Translations under genes and position numbers: made by a program
The notes under the pieces: model-generated
What the model saw: the letters and a program-made list of their open reading frames with translations, nothing else
Told to the model about the DNA's origin: nothing
Database searches by the model: none
Assembly (NCBI GenBank): GCA_019056785.1
Contig: DXJV01000065.1
Location: forward strand, 1 to 47,648
Length of the DNA stretch: 47,648 nucleotides
Reading direction: 5' to 3'
Source of the DNA: Candidatus Heimdallarchaeota archaeon
GTDB lineage: Archaea; Asgardarchaeota; Heimdallarchaeia; JABLTI01
In this document: positions 10,085 through 19,725 of the stretch, one piece after another
How positions within the stretch are numbered: position 1 is the stretch's first letter
How the letters are laid out: the number at the start of each line of letters is the position of its first letter

Positions 10085-11023
10085 ATGCCTTCTCGTAAAT
10101 GTTTTCCCTGTCTTCAGAAAATTGCTTTTCGCGCAGTTGAACTTTCAACAACTGACATAGCACTTCGTGAGCGCTTGCAACAACAGCTCAAACAAAAGAT
10201 AAAGGCCCATTTTCCAGAACTTTTACTGCCAGATTTTTCCACTGAATTATTTGCTGACATTGCTGCGGCTACTGGTGTTCGTGATCCTTTTCTCGAAATT
10301 AAGGCACAAAGCAATCGAATTTTTCTTGAGCTACTCCCGCGAATTATTGCTCCTCTCACAAGCCTCTCTCCCGATGAACGTTTGAAGAAACTCTTTCTGT
10401 TTTCTATTGCTGCTAATCTTGTTGACTTTAGTACAGGTGAGCACGAAGTTGACCTCTCCTCTATAGTTCAACAATTCTTCTCTGTAGCCGGCGAGGAGTT
10501 AGCTATCGATGATTTTTCTGAACTTCTCTCGCTTTTACATCGCAGTGAACAAATAATTATCCTTTCTGATAACTGTGGGGAGGTTGTCATCGACAATTAT
10601 CTCGCCGGTTATTTAACCTCTGAACTTGATAAAGAAACTTTTCTTGGCTTGAAAGGTGCTCCCATTGCCAATGATTGTACTATTGCTGACTTTAAACGCG
10701 ACAATTTACCCTACCTTGCCACAGAAGTTTTCGCTGTGAGCGACGCTTTTGGCTATAACTGGCACGAAGTCTCAGACCGCTTTAAAGAGCTTCTCTCTGA
10801 AGCCGACTTGCTGCTTGTCAAAGGGCAATCGAATTATGAAACAACTGTTAACAATCTTGTGCGCCATCCCGAGCTTTCCTTCCCGCCTATTTTCTGCATT
10901 CTCCGCACTAAGTGTGAGGTCATCTCTAACCACCTTGGTGTTTCCCTCGGCTCAAATGTGATTAAACAGATGTTCCCCCTACTGGATAAAGAAACTGTTT
11001 TAACTGAAATTGCTAAAAGTTAA
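10085..11023 (+). CDS. DUF89/ARMT1-like damage-control metal-dependent phosphatase
   Basis: N-terminal CxxC (CFPC), DPF..K, ANLVDF, DNCGE, PIAND, KGQSNYE and KC motifs. Start placed at ATG 10085. Confidence 0.85.
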   Translation: MPSRKCFPCLQKIAFRAVELSTTDIALRERLQQQLKQKIKAHFPELLLPDFSTELFADIAAATGVRDPFLEIKAQSNRIFLELLPRIIAPLTSLSPDERLKKLFLFSIAANLVDFSTGEHEVDLSSIVQQFFSVAGEELAIDDFSELLSLLHRSEQIIILSDNCGEVVIDNYLAGYLTSELDKETFLGLKGAPIANDCTIADFKRDNLPYLATEVFAVSDAFGYNWHEVSDRFKELLSEADLLLVKGQSNYETTVNNLVRHPELSFPPIFCILRTKCEVISNHLGVSLGSNVIKQMFPLLDKETVLTEIAKS

Positions 11024-11049
11024 TAGAAAATCAAGAGCTGTTAACGAGC

Positions 11050-11685
11050 ATGACACCACGAGTTCTCATATTAAACCTTCGGAGAGTTGGCAGAGCGGGT
11101 TTCTTTTTCTTCCTTGCCGGCAATGCGCTTCTAACTGTTTTTTTGACTCTTTCACATATCTATGCCACTCGTTTTGGTTATCGAAGCTCTTATTGGGAAT
11201 TAAGTGAGTTGGTTTATTACGGGAACCAAGCTAAAGGCTTTTTTATGGCAGCCATCATTATTGAGGCTTTTAGCCTGTTTGGCGTACTTGTTCCGTTGGG
11301 GTTTTTCATTTCTGAGAAAAAGTGGCGAATGGGGTATTATTTTCTCGTTTGCCTTACTACTTATTCCTTGCTGCTTGTCGGTGCTGTTCCGGAAGACTGG
11401 TTTTACTTAGGACACTACGTCATTGCCATCATTTTCTTTTTCGCAGAAGGAGCATTGATTCTTTATACAAGTATTTATCTCTTCAAACTAAAAACAACCA
11501 TTAATCGCTTTTACCCATGGTTTGGACTTTTTACCTTTGGTGCATTCATCTTTTACATCATAACACGCGATCTATTTGGCAATGCCTATACACAACGAAT
11601 CGTCGTGCTTCTATCGATTCTTTTTGTATTAGTTCTTGGAGCAGAATTTCTCCTTCGTGAAAAGCATTACTCAAGGTTGAATTGA
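11050..11685 (+). CDS. DUF998/Frag1-like membrane protein
   Basis: 5-6 TM helices with LSEL, VGAVP, H...A..FF and QRIVV patterns. Confidence 0.6.
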   Translation: MTPRVLILNLRRVGRAGFFFFLAGNALLTVFLTLSHIYATRFGYRSSYWELSELVYYGNQAKGFFMAAIIIEAFSLFGVLVPLGFFISEKKWRMGYYFLVCLTTYSLLLVGAVPEDWFYLGHYVIAIIFFFAEGALILYTSIYLFKLKTTINRFYPWFGLFTFGAFIFYIITRDLFGNAYTQRIVVLLSILFVLVLGAEFLLREKHYSRLN

Positions 11686-12476
11686 CTTTTGATCTCTTCC
11701 AACTCTTCTCGAGTCAATTCGTTGATCTCCCCTGGAAAATATTTCGCCTTTAGGAAAATCTCGGCGGATTTATTGGAAATTTCCATCATGTCCAGACAAT
11801 CGCTCAATGTCTTTCCGACGCTTAAACAGCCATGTTTTTCCCAGAGAATAACACGATGGTTAGCAACCAGTCGGACCGTTTCTGCAGCCAATTCTTTACT
11901 GGAAGGAGGTTTAAAAGGTACCACCCCCAATCCTTCTGGGAGGAAGATAAGCATGCCGGGATTAACACTCCATAATGTCTCATTTAATGTCTTTAAAAAA
12001 TGCTCTCCTAAAAACGAGAGAACAATGAGCTCTGTTGGATGTGCATGAAGTACTGCTTTCATGTTTGGTTTATTTTTTGCCAAATAGTTTTGAATTGCTA
12101 AGTGGCTCGTGAGTTCGCTTGTAGGTCTAAATGTGTCGTCATTGGGCCAAAGTATGTGGAAGTTTCTTCCTTGAACCAATCCCAATCCGAGCGTTTTAGA
12201 CGGCGCTTTTGCAATGTCTCGTAACCTTTTGCCCGTAGCTTTTATCACCAACAACTGACTCTCAAGATGGGGATAAGCCTCCGGCAGAGAAAATCGAAGC
12301 TTAGGTGTTAACCGTTTCCACTCTTTGTCAGAAAGTTCGATTGTTTTAGCTAAGCGAACAGATAAATTACCACCACTTGCTTCGGCCCAGCCTTTCATTG
12401 TGAGCAAATATCCTATTTCAGAACATTCATCAAATATTTCAGCAATGGATGGATCGAAGGACAATTCAAAGGCCAT
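11667..12476 (-). CDS. rhaD: Class II aldolase, rhamnulose-1-phosphate aldolase-like
   Basis: GWAEASGGNLS, ATGK, PTSELTSHL, HAHPT and WEKHG motifs. Substrate not certain. Confidence 0.75.
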   Translation of the reverse strand: MAFELSFDPSIAEIFDECSEIGYLLTMKGWAEASGGNLSVRLAKTIELSDKEWKRLTPKLRFSLPEAYPHLESQLLVIKATGKRLRDIAKAPSKTLGLGLVQGRNFHILWPNDDTFRPTSELTSHLAIQNYLAKNKPNMKAVLHAHPTELIVLSFLGEHFLKTLNETLWSVNPGMLIFLPEGLGVVPFKPPSSKELAAETVRLVANHRVILWEKHGCLSVGKTLSDCLDMMEISNKSAEIFLKAKYFPGEINELTREELEEIKSQFNLE

Positions 12477-12547
12477 AAGCTCTATTGGTATTTCTCATAC
12501 TAAATCTTTCTGTTGTAAAAGAAGAAACAGTGAGGGAAAGGGTTTCA

Positions 12548-12757
12548 TCATTTTTCTTTTTTCTGGGGATACTCAAATTGCAAGAATTCATCTATCAGGT
12601 CACAATGAGTGATTAACATTCGACGGCAGCAATATTTATCTAGTCCTAAATCATCAAGAACTTTTCCTGGGTCCTCGCCACCGGCAACACGTCGTTCAAA
12701 TTCCTCGTATTTGTCACCGACAACTTTACCACACGTAAAACATCGAACGGGTATCAT
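12548..12757 (-). CDS. rpoN: DNA-directed RNA polymerase subunit N (Rpo10/RPB10)
   Basis: [11 protein letters not shown]...LDDLGL..YCCRRML signature. Confidence 0.97.
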   Translation of the reverse strand: MIPVRCFTCGKVVGDKYEEFERRVAGGEDPGKVLDDLGLDKYCCRRMLITHCDLIDEFLQFEYPQKKEK

Positions 12758-12913
12758 TTTCTTTCTCTAATCCATCTTATTTTAACGACTAATAAAAGCT
12801 GTGGTCTCTTTGAAACCCAGCACTATTAAACTTTCGCCGTCATTTTAAAAGCACTTGCTTGAGTATGAAATAATGAATGAGCATTTGAGTTGGTTTTGCC
12901 GTTCTTCATTCTT

Positions 12914-13518
12914 TCAGTCTGGAAGCTCAATTCTTAAACTCCGCCAGAGTAGCAATGCTGCAATAGTTCGATAAGGGCTCCATTTTTCTGCGAACAGCGC
13001 AGCTTCTTTAGCTGACGGAAGTTCCAGGAGAGAGAAGTTTTGCTGAAGGGCTTTTCGCAAACCCAAATCATCTGAAGGAAACACATCCTCCTGGCCGAGA
13101 TTAAACATTAAGAAGATTTCAGCCGTCCATTTTCCAATGCCTTTCACTTGTGTCAGTTTATCAATAATCTCCTTATCAGACATTTCATTAAATAACTCAG
13201 GTTGGATTGTTTTATCTACGAAATTTTCAGCCAGACTTTTTAGATACCGCCGTTTCTGCCTGGAAACACCCGCTGCACTTAAAACATTTTCATCTAATGG
13301 CAATAGCAATTCAGGTATAGGCTTCTTCTCCGGGAAGAGTGCTAGAAACCTGTTGAAAATTGTTCTTGCAGCTTTCCCACTTAATTGCTGGAAAATGATT
13401 ATTTCTGCCAGATCATGAAAATAGTTTTCCGAGTGTCGTAAGGAGAGTTCTTCATCTAAATGGTCGATGATTTTTTAAGAACGGGGTCCTTACTTAAAAA
13501 CACAAAAGCTTTTTTCAT
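12914..13518 (-). CDS. alkA: DNA-3-methyladenine glycosylase II (AlkA, HhH-GPD) with a frameshift near the 5' end
   Basis: HhH motif LTQVKGIGKWTAEIFLMF, FPSDDLG and WSPYR. N-terminus MKKAFVFLSKDPVLKK / IIDH...IIFQQLSGKAARTI is restored by one extra A in the A6 run (13471-13476). Confidence 0.85.
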
Positions 13519-13634
13519 AGTGAATAATTCTTTCTCGCGCCTTAAAAAACTACTGAAATTTTGCTGTTATAATTATAGAAGTTTTTATCCCAGCTCAATT
13601 TGATTGGTATTAAAAAAAATAAAAAAGATAAAAA

Positions 13635-13677
13635 ATTAAGAGGAGAATTACCCTGGGAGGGATAATCTTCTTTTAAT
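13635..13677 (-). terminator. Imperfect hairpin followed by U-rich tract downstream of the zinc-ribbon gene
   Basis: ATTAAGAGGAG-AATTACCCT/AGGGATAAT-CTTCTTTTAAT inverted repeat, adjacent to the A-tract 13613-13635 (U-tract on the minus strand). Confidence 0.45.
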
Positions 13678-13711
13678 GATTAGAGAAACCAGTTATTCGA
13701 ATATGGTTAAT

Positions 13712-13885
13712 TCAATATCTGTCTCGTCTATAACTCTGTCTTCTTGGAGGTTTATGTTTTCTATAACATTCCCTGCAATAAACAGGACGTACGCCATCCG
13801 GTTTGAAGGGTACTTCTGCTTCTTGTCCGCAATCGGAACAGATTATTTTATACATAACCCTTTCGGGTTGATCTTCTTCACTCAT
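13712..13885 (-). CDS. CxxC-x17-CxxC zinc-ribbon small protein (57 aa, absent from ORF track)
   Basis: Manual translation MSEEDQPERVMYKIICSDCGQEAEVPFKPDGVRPVYCRECYRKHKPPRRQSYRRDRY*; GGTGA SD upstream. Confidence 0.9.
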   Translation of the reverse strand: MSEEDQPERVMYKIICSDCGQEAEVPFKPDGVRPVYCRECYRKHKPPRRQSYRRDRY

Positions 13886-14194
13886 TTCTGATTTTCACCA
13901 ATTTCTATGAGGGTAATAACTAAACGAAAACAAGAACCCCATTTCGTCTTAAAAAAATAGTATTCAAGCATAACTCTCTTACTACAAACTACTTTGAGTG
14001 TTCATTGTCTTATTTAGATATTGACTAAAAATTGACTCTTCCCACTTTTAAATTTATTTGTGATACTTGACCTAACCATCGCTCATTGCTGAAAGTTTGC
14101 ACAAACTCTTCCTCTTTTGAGAAATCTTGAAATAAAATGAAGTAGTAAATAAGGATATTAAAAGTAGTATTATGTATTAGAGGATGAGAAAGCT

Positions 14195-16279
14195 ATGAAA
14201 GCAAATTTCAGCAAAACCTTTTTGGTAATTGTCTTGATCCTTTCGTTACCACAAGTATTAGCCCTGGGAATGCAATTACCAGAGAGAGAAGAGTCAGATA
14301 TAGCCATTAATTCTGTACCCTTGGAATTCTATCAAAAATGGCTTTTTAAGTCAACATCACTTTTTGATGCCTCACCAACAATAATTGACATAAACGGCGA
14401 TGGCGAGTTAGAGATTTTAATTGGTTCAAAGGATTCTTTACTTTATTGTTTAGATAAAGATGGCGATCAATTATGGAACTTTTCTACGGGAGATGAGATC
14501 TTTTCCACAGTAGCAGCTGCCAACCTTCTTGGTGATGGCAACTTAGAAATTTACTTTGGTTCAAAAGACAACTTCATTTATTGTTTAAATAGTTCCGGTG
14601 GGCTTCTCTGGAAGAAAGATCTGGGGGATGATATTTACTCTTCTCCTGCCATCGCAGACATAGATGGTGACGGGTTGAGAGACCTCGCTGTTGGGACGGT
14701 AAATGGAACGATCTATTGTCTTCATGGTAATGGCTCAGTCATTTGGAGCCAATATTTGACAAGTGGAGGAATTTATGTTCCAATTGGTTTGGCAGACATT
14801 GATTTGGATAACCACACAGAAGTTCTTTTTGGAACCAAGGGAGGATTAACTTCTGCTAAATTCTACTGCTTTAATAGCACTGGCAGCATCAAATGGAGCA
14901 AGGTCATTAGCGATCCAATTTACTCAGGAACAGCTATTGTTGATCTTCTTGGCAACAGCAAATTGGAGATTCTCTTTGGGACAAACGACAAGAACTTTTA
15001 TTGCCTGAATTCCACAGGCGGTGTAGAATGGATTTTCTCGGCCTCTCATTACCTTCAAAGCTCACCTTCTGTTGGAGACATAAATAATGATGGCGTATTA
15101 GAGATCTTGTTTGGGTGTTATGATTTTAACTTGTACTGTTTGAATGCTACTGGTAGCCTAATGTGGAGTTATGGTACTAGCCAGGGAATATTTGCAACCC
15201 CAACCATTGCTGACATCGATGGAGATAATTTATATGAGATTTTCTTTTTATCCCATACAGGTACGCCAACATTCTATTGCTTGTACAATAATGGCACAAA
15301 ACTCTGGGATAAGGTACTCCCAGTCGGAACGCCCACCTCTGTGGCACTAACCGACCTTGATGGAAATAATCAATTGGACTTTCTTTTTGGCAATCAAGGA
15401 GTATATTCGTTCGAAGTCTATAGTCCACCTCAAAAAGGAAAGATTATTTGGCGAAATTTTAGAGGTTCATGTTATAATCGTGGAACGATGGATCAAGATG
15501 CCGACCTTATTGATGACTTGACAGAGGAGTACTTTGGAACTAACCCCTTACTTGATGACTCTGATAATGATTCTTTGAAGGATTGGGAAGAACTCAATTA
15601 TTATCACACTGACCCGATGGGCGCAGATAGCGACAAAGACCTGCTACCTGATGACAAGGAACTTTTCGATTACAATTTAGACCCCTTGGACAATGATGTA
15701 GATGATGATGGCTTACTCGACGGGTTTGAAGTGCTCTTTTACGGTACGGACCCCAAAACAAACGATACAGATTTAGACGGATTGACAGATTACGAAGAGA
15801 TTTACACTTGGCTTACCAACCCCACAAATAATGATACAGATGCAGACCTTTTAACTGATTATCAAGAAGCAATTACCTATGGCCTTGACCCTACAGACAA
15901 AGATATGGATAATGACTACTTGTTGGATGGAGAAGAAGTGCTAGGGTATTATGCACCTACAAATCCAGGAGCAAATGCAACCGGCTATGTATTTACCGAC
16001 CCCACAAAACCAGACACAGATAATGACAACTATACTGATAGTTACGAGATTTATCATGATTACGACCCCAATAATGCCTCAAGTCATCCGGAACCTGTTA
16101 CGATTACTCCCCCACCTGAAACAATTACTCTCCCGCCTGAAACGATAACAGTTAACAATACAGTCAATCACACTATAACATTAGAATCAGGGCTCACAAT
16201 AGCAGTATTTGCTGTTACCGGGGCATTCGCGTTTGTTTTTGTTGCAGTCTTAGCAAGAAAAAGAAAAGAGCTGACGTGA
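14195..16279 (+). CDS. Membrane-anchored surface protein: FG-GAP/VCBS beta-propeller, TSP3-like Ca-binding repeats, Pro/Thr linker, C-terminal TM
   Basis: Signal peptide; 8 repeats of SP.IxDIxGDGxxEIxxG; 8 DxDxDxLxDxxE repeats; PPETIT repeats; TM followed by RKRK. Confidence 0.85.
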   Translation: MKANFSKTFLVIVLILSLPQVLALGMQLPEREESDIAINSVPLEFYQKWLFKSTSLFDASPTIIDINGDGELEILIGSKDSLLYCLDKDGDQLWNFSTGDEIFSTVAAANLLGDGNLEIYFGSKDNFIYCLNSSGGLLWKKDLGDDIYSSPAIADIDGDGLRDLAVGTVNGTIYCLHGNGSVIWSQYLTSGGIYVPIGLADIDLDNHTEVLFGTKGGLTSAKFYCFNSTGSIKWSKVISDPIYSGTAIVDLLGNSKLEILFGTNDKNFYCLNSTGGVEWIFSASHYLQSSPSVGDINNDGVLEILFGCYDFNLYCLNATGSLMWSYGTSQGIFATPTIADIDGDNLYEIFFLSHTGTPTFYCLYNNGTKLWDKVLPVGTPTSVALTDLDGNNQLDFLFGNQGVYSFEVYSPPQKGKIIWRNFRGSCYNRGTMDQDADLIDDLTEEYFGTNPLLDDSDNDSLKDWEELNYYHTDPMGADSDKDLLPDDKELFDYNLDPLDNDVDDDGLLDGFEVLFYGTDPKTNDTDLDGLTDYEEIYTWLTNPTNNDTDADLLTDYQEAITYGLDPTDKDMDNDYLLDGEEVLGYYAPTNPGANATGYVFTDPTKPDTDNDNYTDSYEIYHDYDPNNASSHPEPVTITPPPETITLPPETITVNNTVNHTITLESGLTIAVFAVTGAFAFVFVAVLARKRKELT
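16094..16150 (+). repeat. Degenerate 21-bp tandem repeat encoding (P/L)PPETIT linker
   Basis: PVTITPPPETITLPPETIT; cctgaaacaattact / cctgaaacgataaca. Confidence 0.6.
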
Positions 16280-16285
16280 AAAATC

Positions 16286-16324
16286 CTTTTTTCCCCTTTC
16301 TTTTTTCTTCACTTTCTTTTTCCT
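16286..16324 (+). terminator. Pyrimidine/oligo-T terminator between convergent genes
   Basis: Long T-rich tract directly after the stop at 16279. Confidence 0.5.
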
Positions 16325-16945
16325 TTAGTAGTTGGCTTCTCCTTTCAGTTCAATCCCTGCTTTTGTAAACAGCCGGGCTTTTCGTTCTGGTTGGAGCGCT
16401 TTCGCATAGCGTTTGTATATCCAAGCCTCTTGCTTATTAGTGGCTTCATCAGTAATAATATATGGAGCTAATAGCTGCTTCAAAAAATCAATCCGGCCAT
16501 TAAAGAACCACTCACTGAACTCATCCAGAGTAGTTCTTAAAACCTCGAGATAATTCTTAAAGTTCTCCTTTAATTGCTCGAGATAAAATAGTGGTTCCAA
16601 AACCTTGAAGTATTCGTGTTGATAAAACCGTCGCATGTTTTCTGACAAAGAACTATCTGCCAAAAGGTTTTCAAATTTCAATATTTCTTTGTTGGTATTA
16701 TAAAGTACATCTTTGTATCGGAACTCGATTTTCTTATATTCAATCCGCAACAAATTTAACTCATGTGTCATCTGTCTTGAAAAAAATTTTTCATATGCTT
16801 CTTGCTCTTGTTGGGGGATGCTCGCTGCCAATTGTTGCAGCTTCTTCAGAGAATCGAAAAAGTCTTTCACAAAAAAGTTGTTCGCCTTTACGATGAAGTC
16901 TTTTATACCTTTCTGAATTTTTTTCTGATATTTTAAGCGTTTCAA
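16325..16945 (-). CDS. Hypothetical helical/coiled-coil protein
   Basis: 206-aa ORF, helical charged composition, GGAG upstream of TTG. Confidence 0.65.
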   Translation of the reverse strand: MKRLKYQKKIQKGIKDFIVKANNFFVKDFFDSLKKLQQLAASIPQQEQEAYEKFFSRQMTHELNLLRIEYKKIEFRYKDVLYNTNKEILKFENLLADSSLSENMRRFYQHEYFKVLEPLFYLEQLKENFKNYLEVLRTTLDEFSEWFFNGRIDFLKQLLAPYIITDEATNKQEAWIYKRYAKALQPERKARLFTKAGIELKGEANY

Positions 16946-17073
16946 CCTTCTTTTGCTCCAGTAATTAAGTACTTCATTTGTTTTAGTATTAATTCATTTT
17001 GTTTTGAAACAACCTTTACCATTCAACCGTTGATTTTTTGCAAGAAAGCGTTGTTGAGTACTTTACTATTGGT

Positions 17074-17508
17074 TTAAGAGTCTGTTTCCTCTGAAGCATC
17101 GCGTTTCTTTGTAAGCGTTGTTTTCGATCTGCTAAAGTAGATAAGGAAGAGCACGAAAAGAACCGGGAAAAGGATCATTGCTATTATAACAAAACTAAAA
17201 CCAACTTCTGTTGAAAGTGATTTATTTCCGGCATACATTATTAAATAACCAAATATTGAACACCCCAGCGCCAAAAGGGACAATATTACAGCTGTCGAGA
17301 GAACACGAAGAACATCTTTATTGGCTATCTTTGGCTTTTGCTCATAATACCAATAAATTAACCATAAAGCAGAACAAAGAGCAAATAGCACAAAAAATGG
17401 GATGAGATAAAAAAAAGCATATTCTATTGGATATAAGAAATAAAAAGCAAGTGTAAGAAATCTTGATGTATCAATCATTTTCCAAAACCGTTCCTTTTTC
17501 TGACGCAT
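17074..17508 (-). CDS. Hypothetical membrane protein (3-4 TM)
   Basis: Hydrophobic segments with a charged C-terminal tail. Confidence 0.6.
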   Translation of the reverse strand: MRQKKERFWKMIDTSRFLTLAFYFLYPIEYAFFYLIPFFVLFALCSALWLIYWYYEQKPKIANKDVLRVLSTAVILSLLALGCSIFGYLIMYAGNKSLSTEVGFSFVIIAMILFPVLFVLFLIYFSRSKTTLTKKRDASEETDS

Positions 17509-17610
17509 TCAAGTGTTTCTTAATAAAAGAATATTCTTCATATTCAAATAGAAATGATCATCAGATATCAAGCTTGTTGGTGAGGAGTACTTGAGGAGAA
17601 AAAAAGACTA

Positions 17611-17946
17611 TTATTCTGACCGGAGCATAACTAAGAGCATTTTAAACTGTTCAGGTGCCTTCACAGCATGAGGGATGTTCGCAGGCAAGATGATGGACTC
17701 ATTTTCCTTCACAATAAAAGCCTCTTTGTTGATAGTGACCTCTGCCATTCCTTCCAAAACGAAAATAAAAGCCTCAAAAGGAGCAGTATGCTCGCTTAAC
17801 CCTTCGTCTTTATCAAAGGCAAATAGTGTTATTGTGCCACTTTTTCTTTTAAGAATTTGTCGGCTAACAACAGACTTTTTCTGATAAGTAATTAACTCCA
17901 GCAAGTCTACTGGTTGGTTTCCGGTTGCTTTTGATTCATCAGTCAT
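17611..17946 (-). CDS. Cupin domain protein
   Basis: TLFAFD..EGLSEHTAP, VLEG and PANIPHAV motifs. Confidence 0.88.
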   Translation of the reverse strand: MTDESKATGNQPVDLLELITYQKKSVVSRQILKRKSGTITLFAFDKDEGLSEHTAPFEAFIFVLEGMAEVTINKEAFIVKENESIILPANIPHAVKAPEQFKMLLVMLRSE

Positions 17947-18069
17947 TTTTACCCTCAACAAATAACCTGTAAGTCTGTTAAAGAATTGCTTGATTTAGAA
18001 ATAAAGAGCGAGTTTAAGAGTTTGATGAAAAAAAATAAAAAAACTATTTCAGAGTTACCCTTGATTAAA

Positions 18070-18987
18070 ATGCAATATACAAGTTTTTCTTTTAGAGACC
18101 ACCTTGGCATTCAGATTTTTGTTTATAAATGGTCACCAGAGCAAGAACAAGAAATCAAGGGACTTATATGCATTCTCCATGGGATGGCAGAACATGGCAA
18201 GCGTTATGAACAGCTTGCAGAAGTATTAACAGCACAAGGTTTTGTATGTTATGCCGAAGATCATCGAGGGCATGGTAAAACAATGGAAAAAGGGAAAGCA
18301 GGCTGGCTCTACGAAGATGGCATGACAGGTGTAATCAAAGATATTCATCTAGTTATTGAACATATGAGAGATGAATATCCTAACAAACCCATTTTTCTTT
18401 TTGGGCATAGTTGGGGGAGTTATCTAGCACAAGCCTACATGCAACAATTCGGTTCCGACCTTGCCGGAGTGATTTTAAGCGGTTCAAAAGGAAAACAAGC
18501 TTTACTCGGATTTCTCATTTTAATTCTGAAAATAATTATTGCTTTCAAAGGGAAAGATACTGAATCGAAATTCGTCTATAAGGTTGCAATTGAACCCTTC
18601 AATAAACCCTTTAAAGGAGAAGGATCGCCAAATGCTTGGATTTCTTCCCTAGAAGAGACAGTAAAGAAATATGATGCAGACCCTCTCTGTGGCTTTCGAC
18701 CTCCTAATGGCTATTTCTTGGAAATGACACGAATGATGAAATACCTTTGGAAGCGGAAAAATGAAGCAAAAATACCTAAAGATTTGCCTATTTTAATACT
18801 TTATGGCTCCAAGGACCCTACTAACAATTACGGGAAAGACTTGTTACCATTAATAAAGCGCTATAAGAAGTTGGGATTAGACATTAATTACAAAAAATAT
18901 GAAAATGCCCGACATGAAATTCATAACGATTTAACTAGAGATGAAGTCACAACAGACATTCTCAATTTCCTTCAACAACACACGTAA
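18070..18987 (+). CDS. Alpha/beta hydrolase, lysophospholipase (PldB-like)
   Basis: HGMAEH, DHRGHG, nucleophile elbow GHSWG, GSKDP and RHEI motifs. Start uncertain (ORF track gives 17986). Confidence 0.88.
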   Translation: MQYTSFSFRDHLGIQIFVYKWSPEQEQEIKGLICILHGMAEHGKRYEQLAEVLTAQGFVCYAEDHRGHGKTMEKGKAGWLYEDGMTGVIKDIHLVIEHMRDEYPNKPIFLFGHSWGSYLAQAYMQQFGSDLAGVILSGSKGKQALLGFLILILKIIIAFKGKDTESKFVYKVAIEPFNKPFKGEGSPNAWISSLEETVKKYDADPLCGFRPPNGYFLEMTRMMKYLWKRKNEAKIPKDLPILILYGSKDPTNNYGKDLLPLIKRYKKLGLDINYKKYENARHEIHNDLTRDEVTTDILNFLQQHT

Positions 18988-19055
18988 AATTGTGAAAAAA
19001 CCATACCTTTTCCCTTTGAAAAGGAATTTGTTGTAAAAACAAAAAAGAGGAGAAA

Positions 19056-19615
19056 TTAATCATCTCCTATTATTTCATCTATTTTATTCATTCTTCCACC
19101 CAGGCGCCCTGCAAAAGTATTCAAAAGCAAAGCAATTCCACCAAAAATTGCCCCGAGTACAAGGCTAAATTTTGGGACAAATGCTTGGATGAAGGCATTT
19201 ATGTTCAAACCGGCATCATTGAACTTTGTCGTGATTAAATTGTCCAAGTATACACCTAATTTTGAGGTTGGTACGATACCGAAAAAGCTAAGAAAAGCAT
19301 CAATCGTTTGATCGATATCTGCGTATTGGCTAAACCAATAAAAAGTTTGTTTTTTACGATGAGCCAGAAGAAAAGAACAATGCCTGCAAAGATAATTAAG
19401 CCTGAGAGTATGCCTGCAAGCATTCCAGGGAACTTGTCTCGAGAAATGAAGCCAGCAAAAAATCCACCTATAATTATTCCTACCACTGAGAGTACAATGG
19501 CTAGCCACCAAGCAACTTGAATACCACCAAAGATCAAACCGATGGCTAATCCGAGAGAAATTATACTGCCAATAAGACCGCCTATCAGTATTCTAAAAAT
19601 CTTTATTGTCGTCAT
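19056..19615 (-). CDS. Gly-rich membrane protein (DUF5518-like), split by a single frameshift
   Basis: ORFs 19256-19615 and 19056-19511 join into one 4-TM protein if one base is added in the homopolymer runs at 19340-19355. Confidence 0.65.
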
Positions 19616-19725
19616 AATGGTTATTTAAAAGGTTTTAAGGCTCTTTAATGTTAATGTCCTCCTTTTAGATGGAAAAAATAATTCATTAAAAAAAGAAAAA
19701 GAAAACTTTCGCGTTGATTAAAAAA

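Noticed and set aside
13676-13891. 71-aa plus-strand ORF
   Set aside because: Antisense shadow of the zinc-ribbon gene
14350-16070. CRISPR-like or DNA-level repeat array
   Set aside because: Periodicity is at the protein level with divergent codons; no identical repeats with spacers
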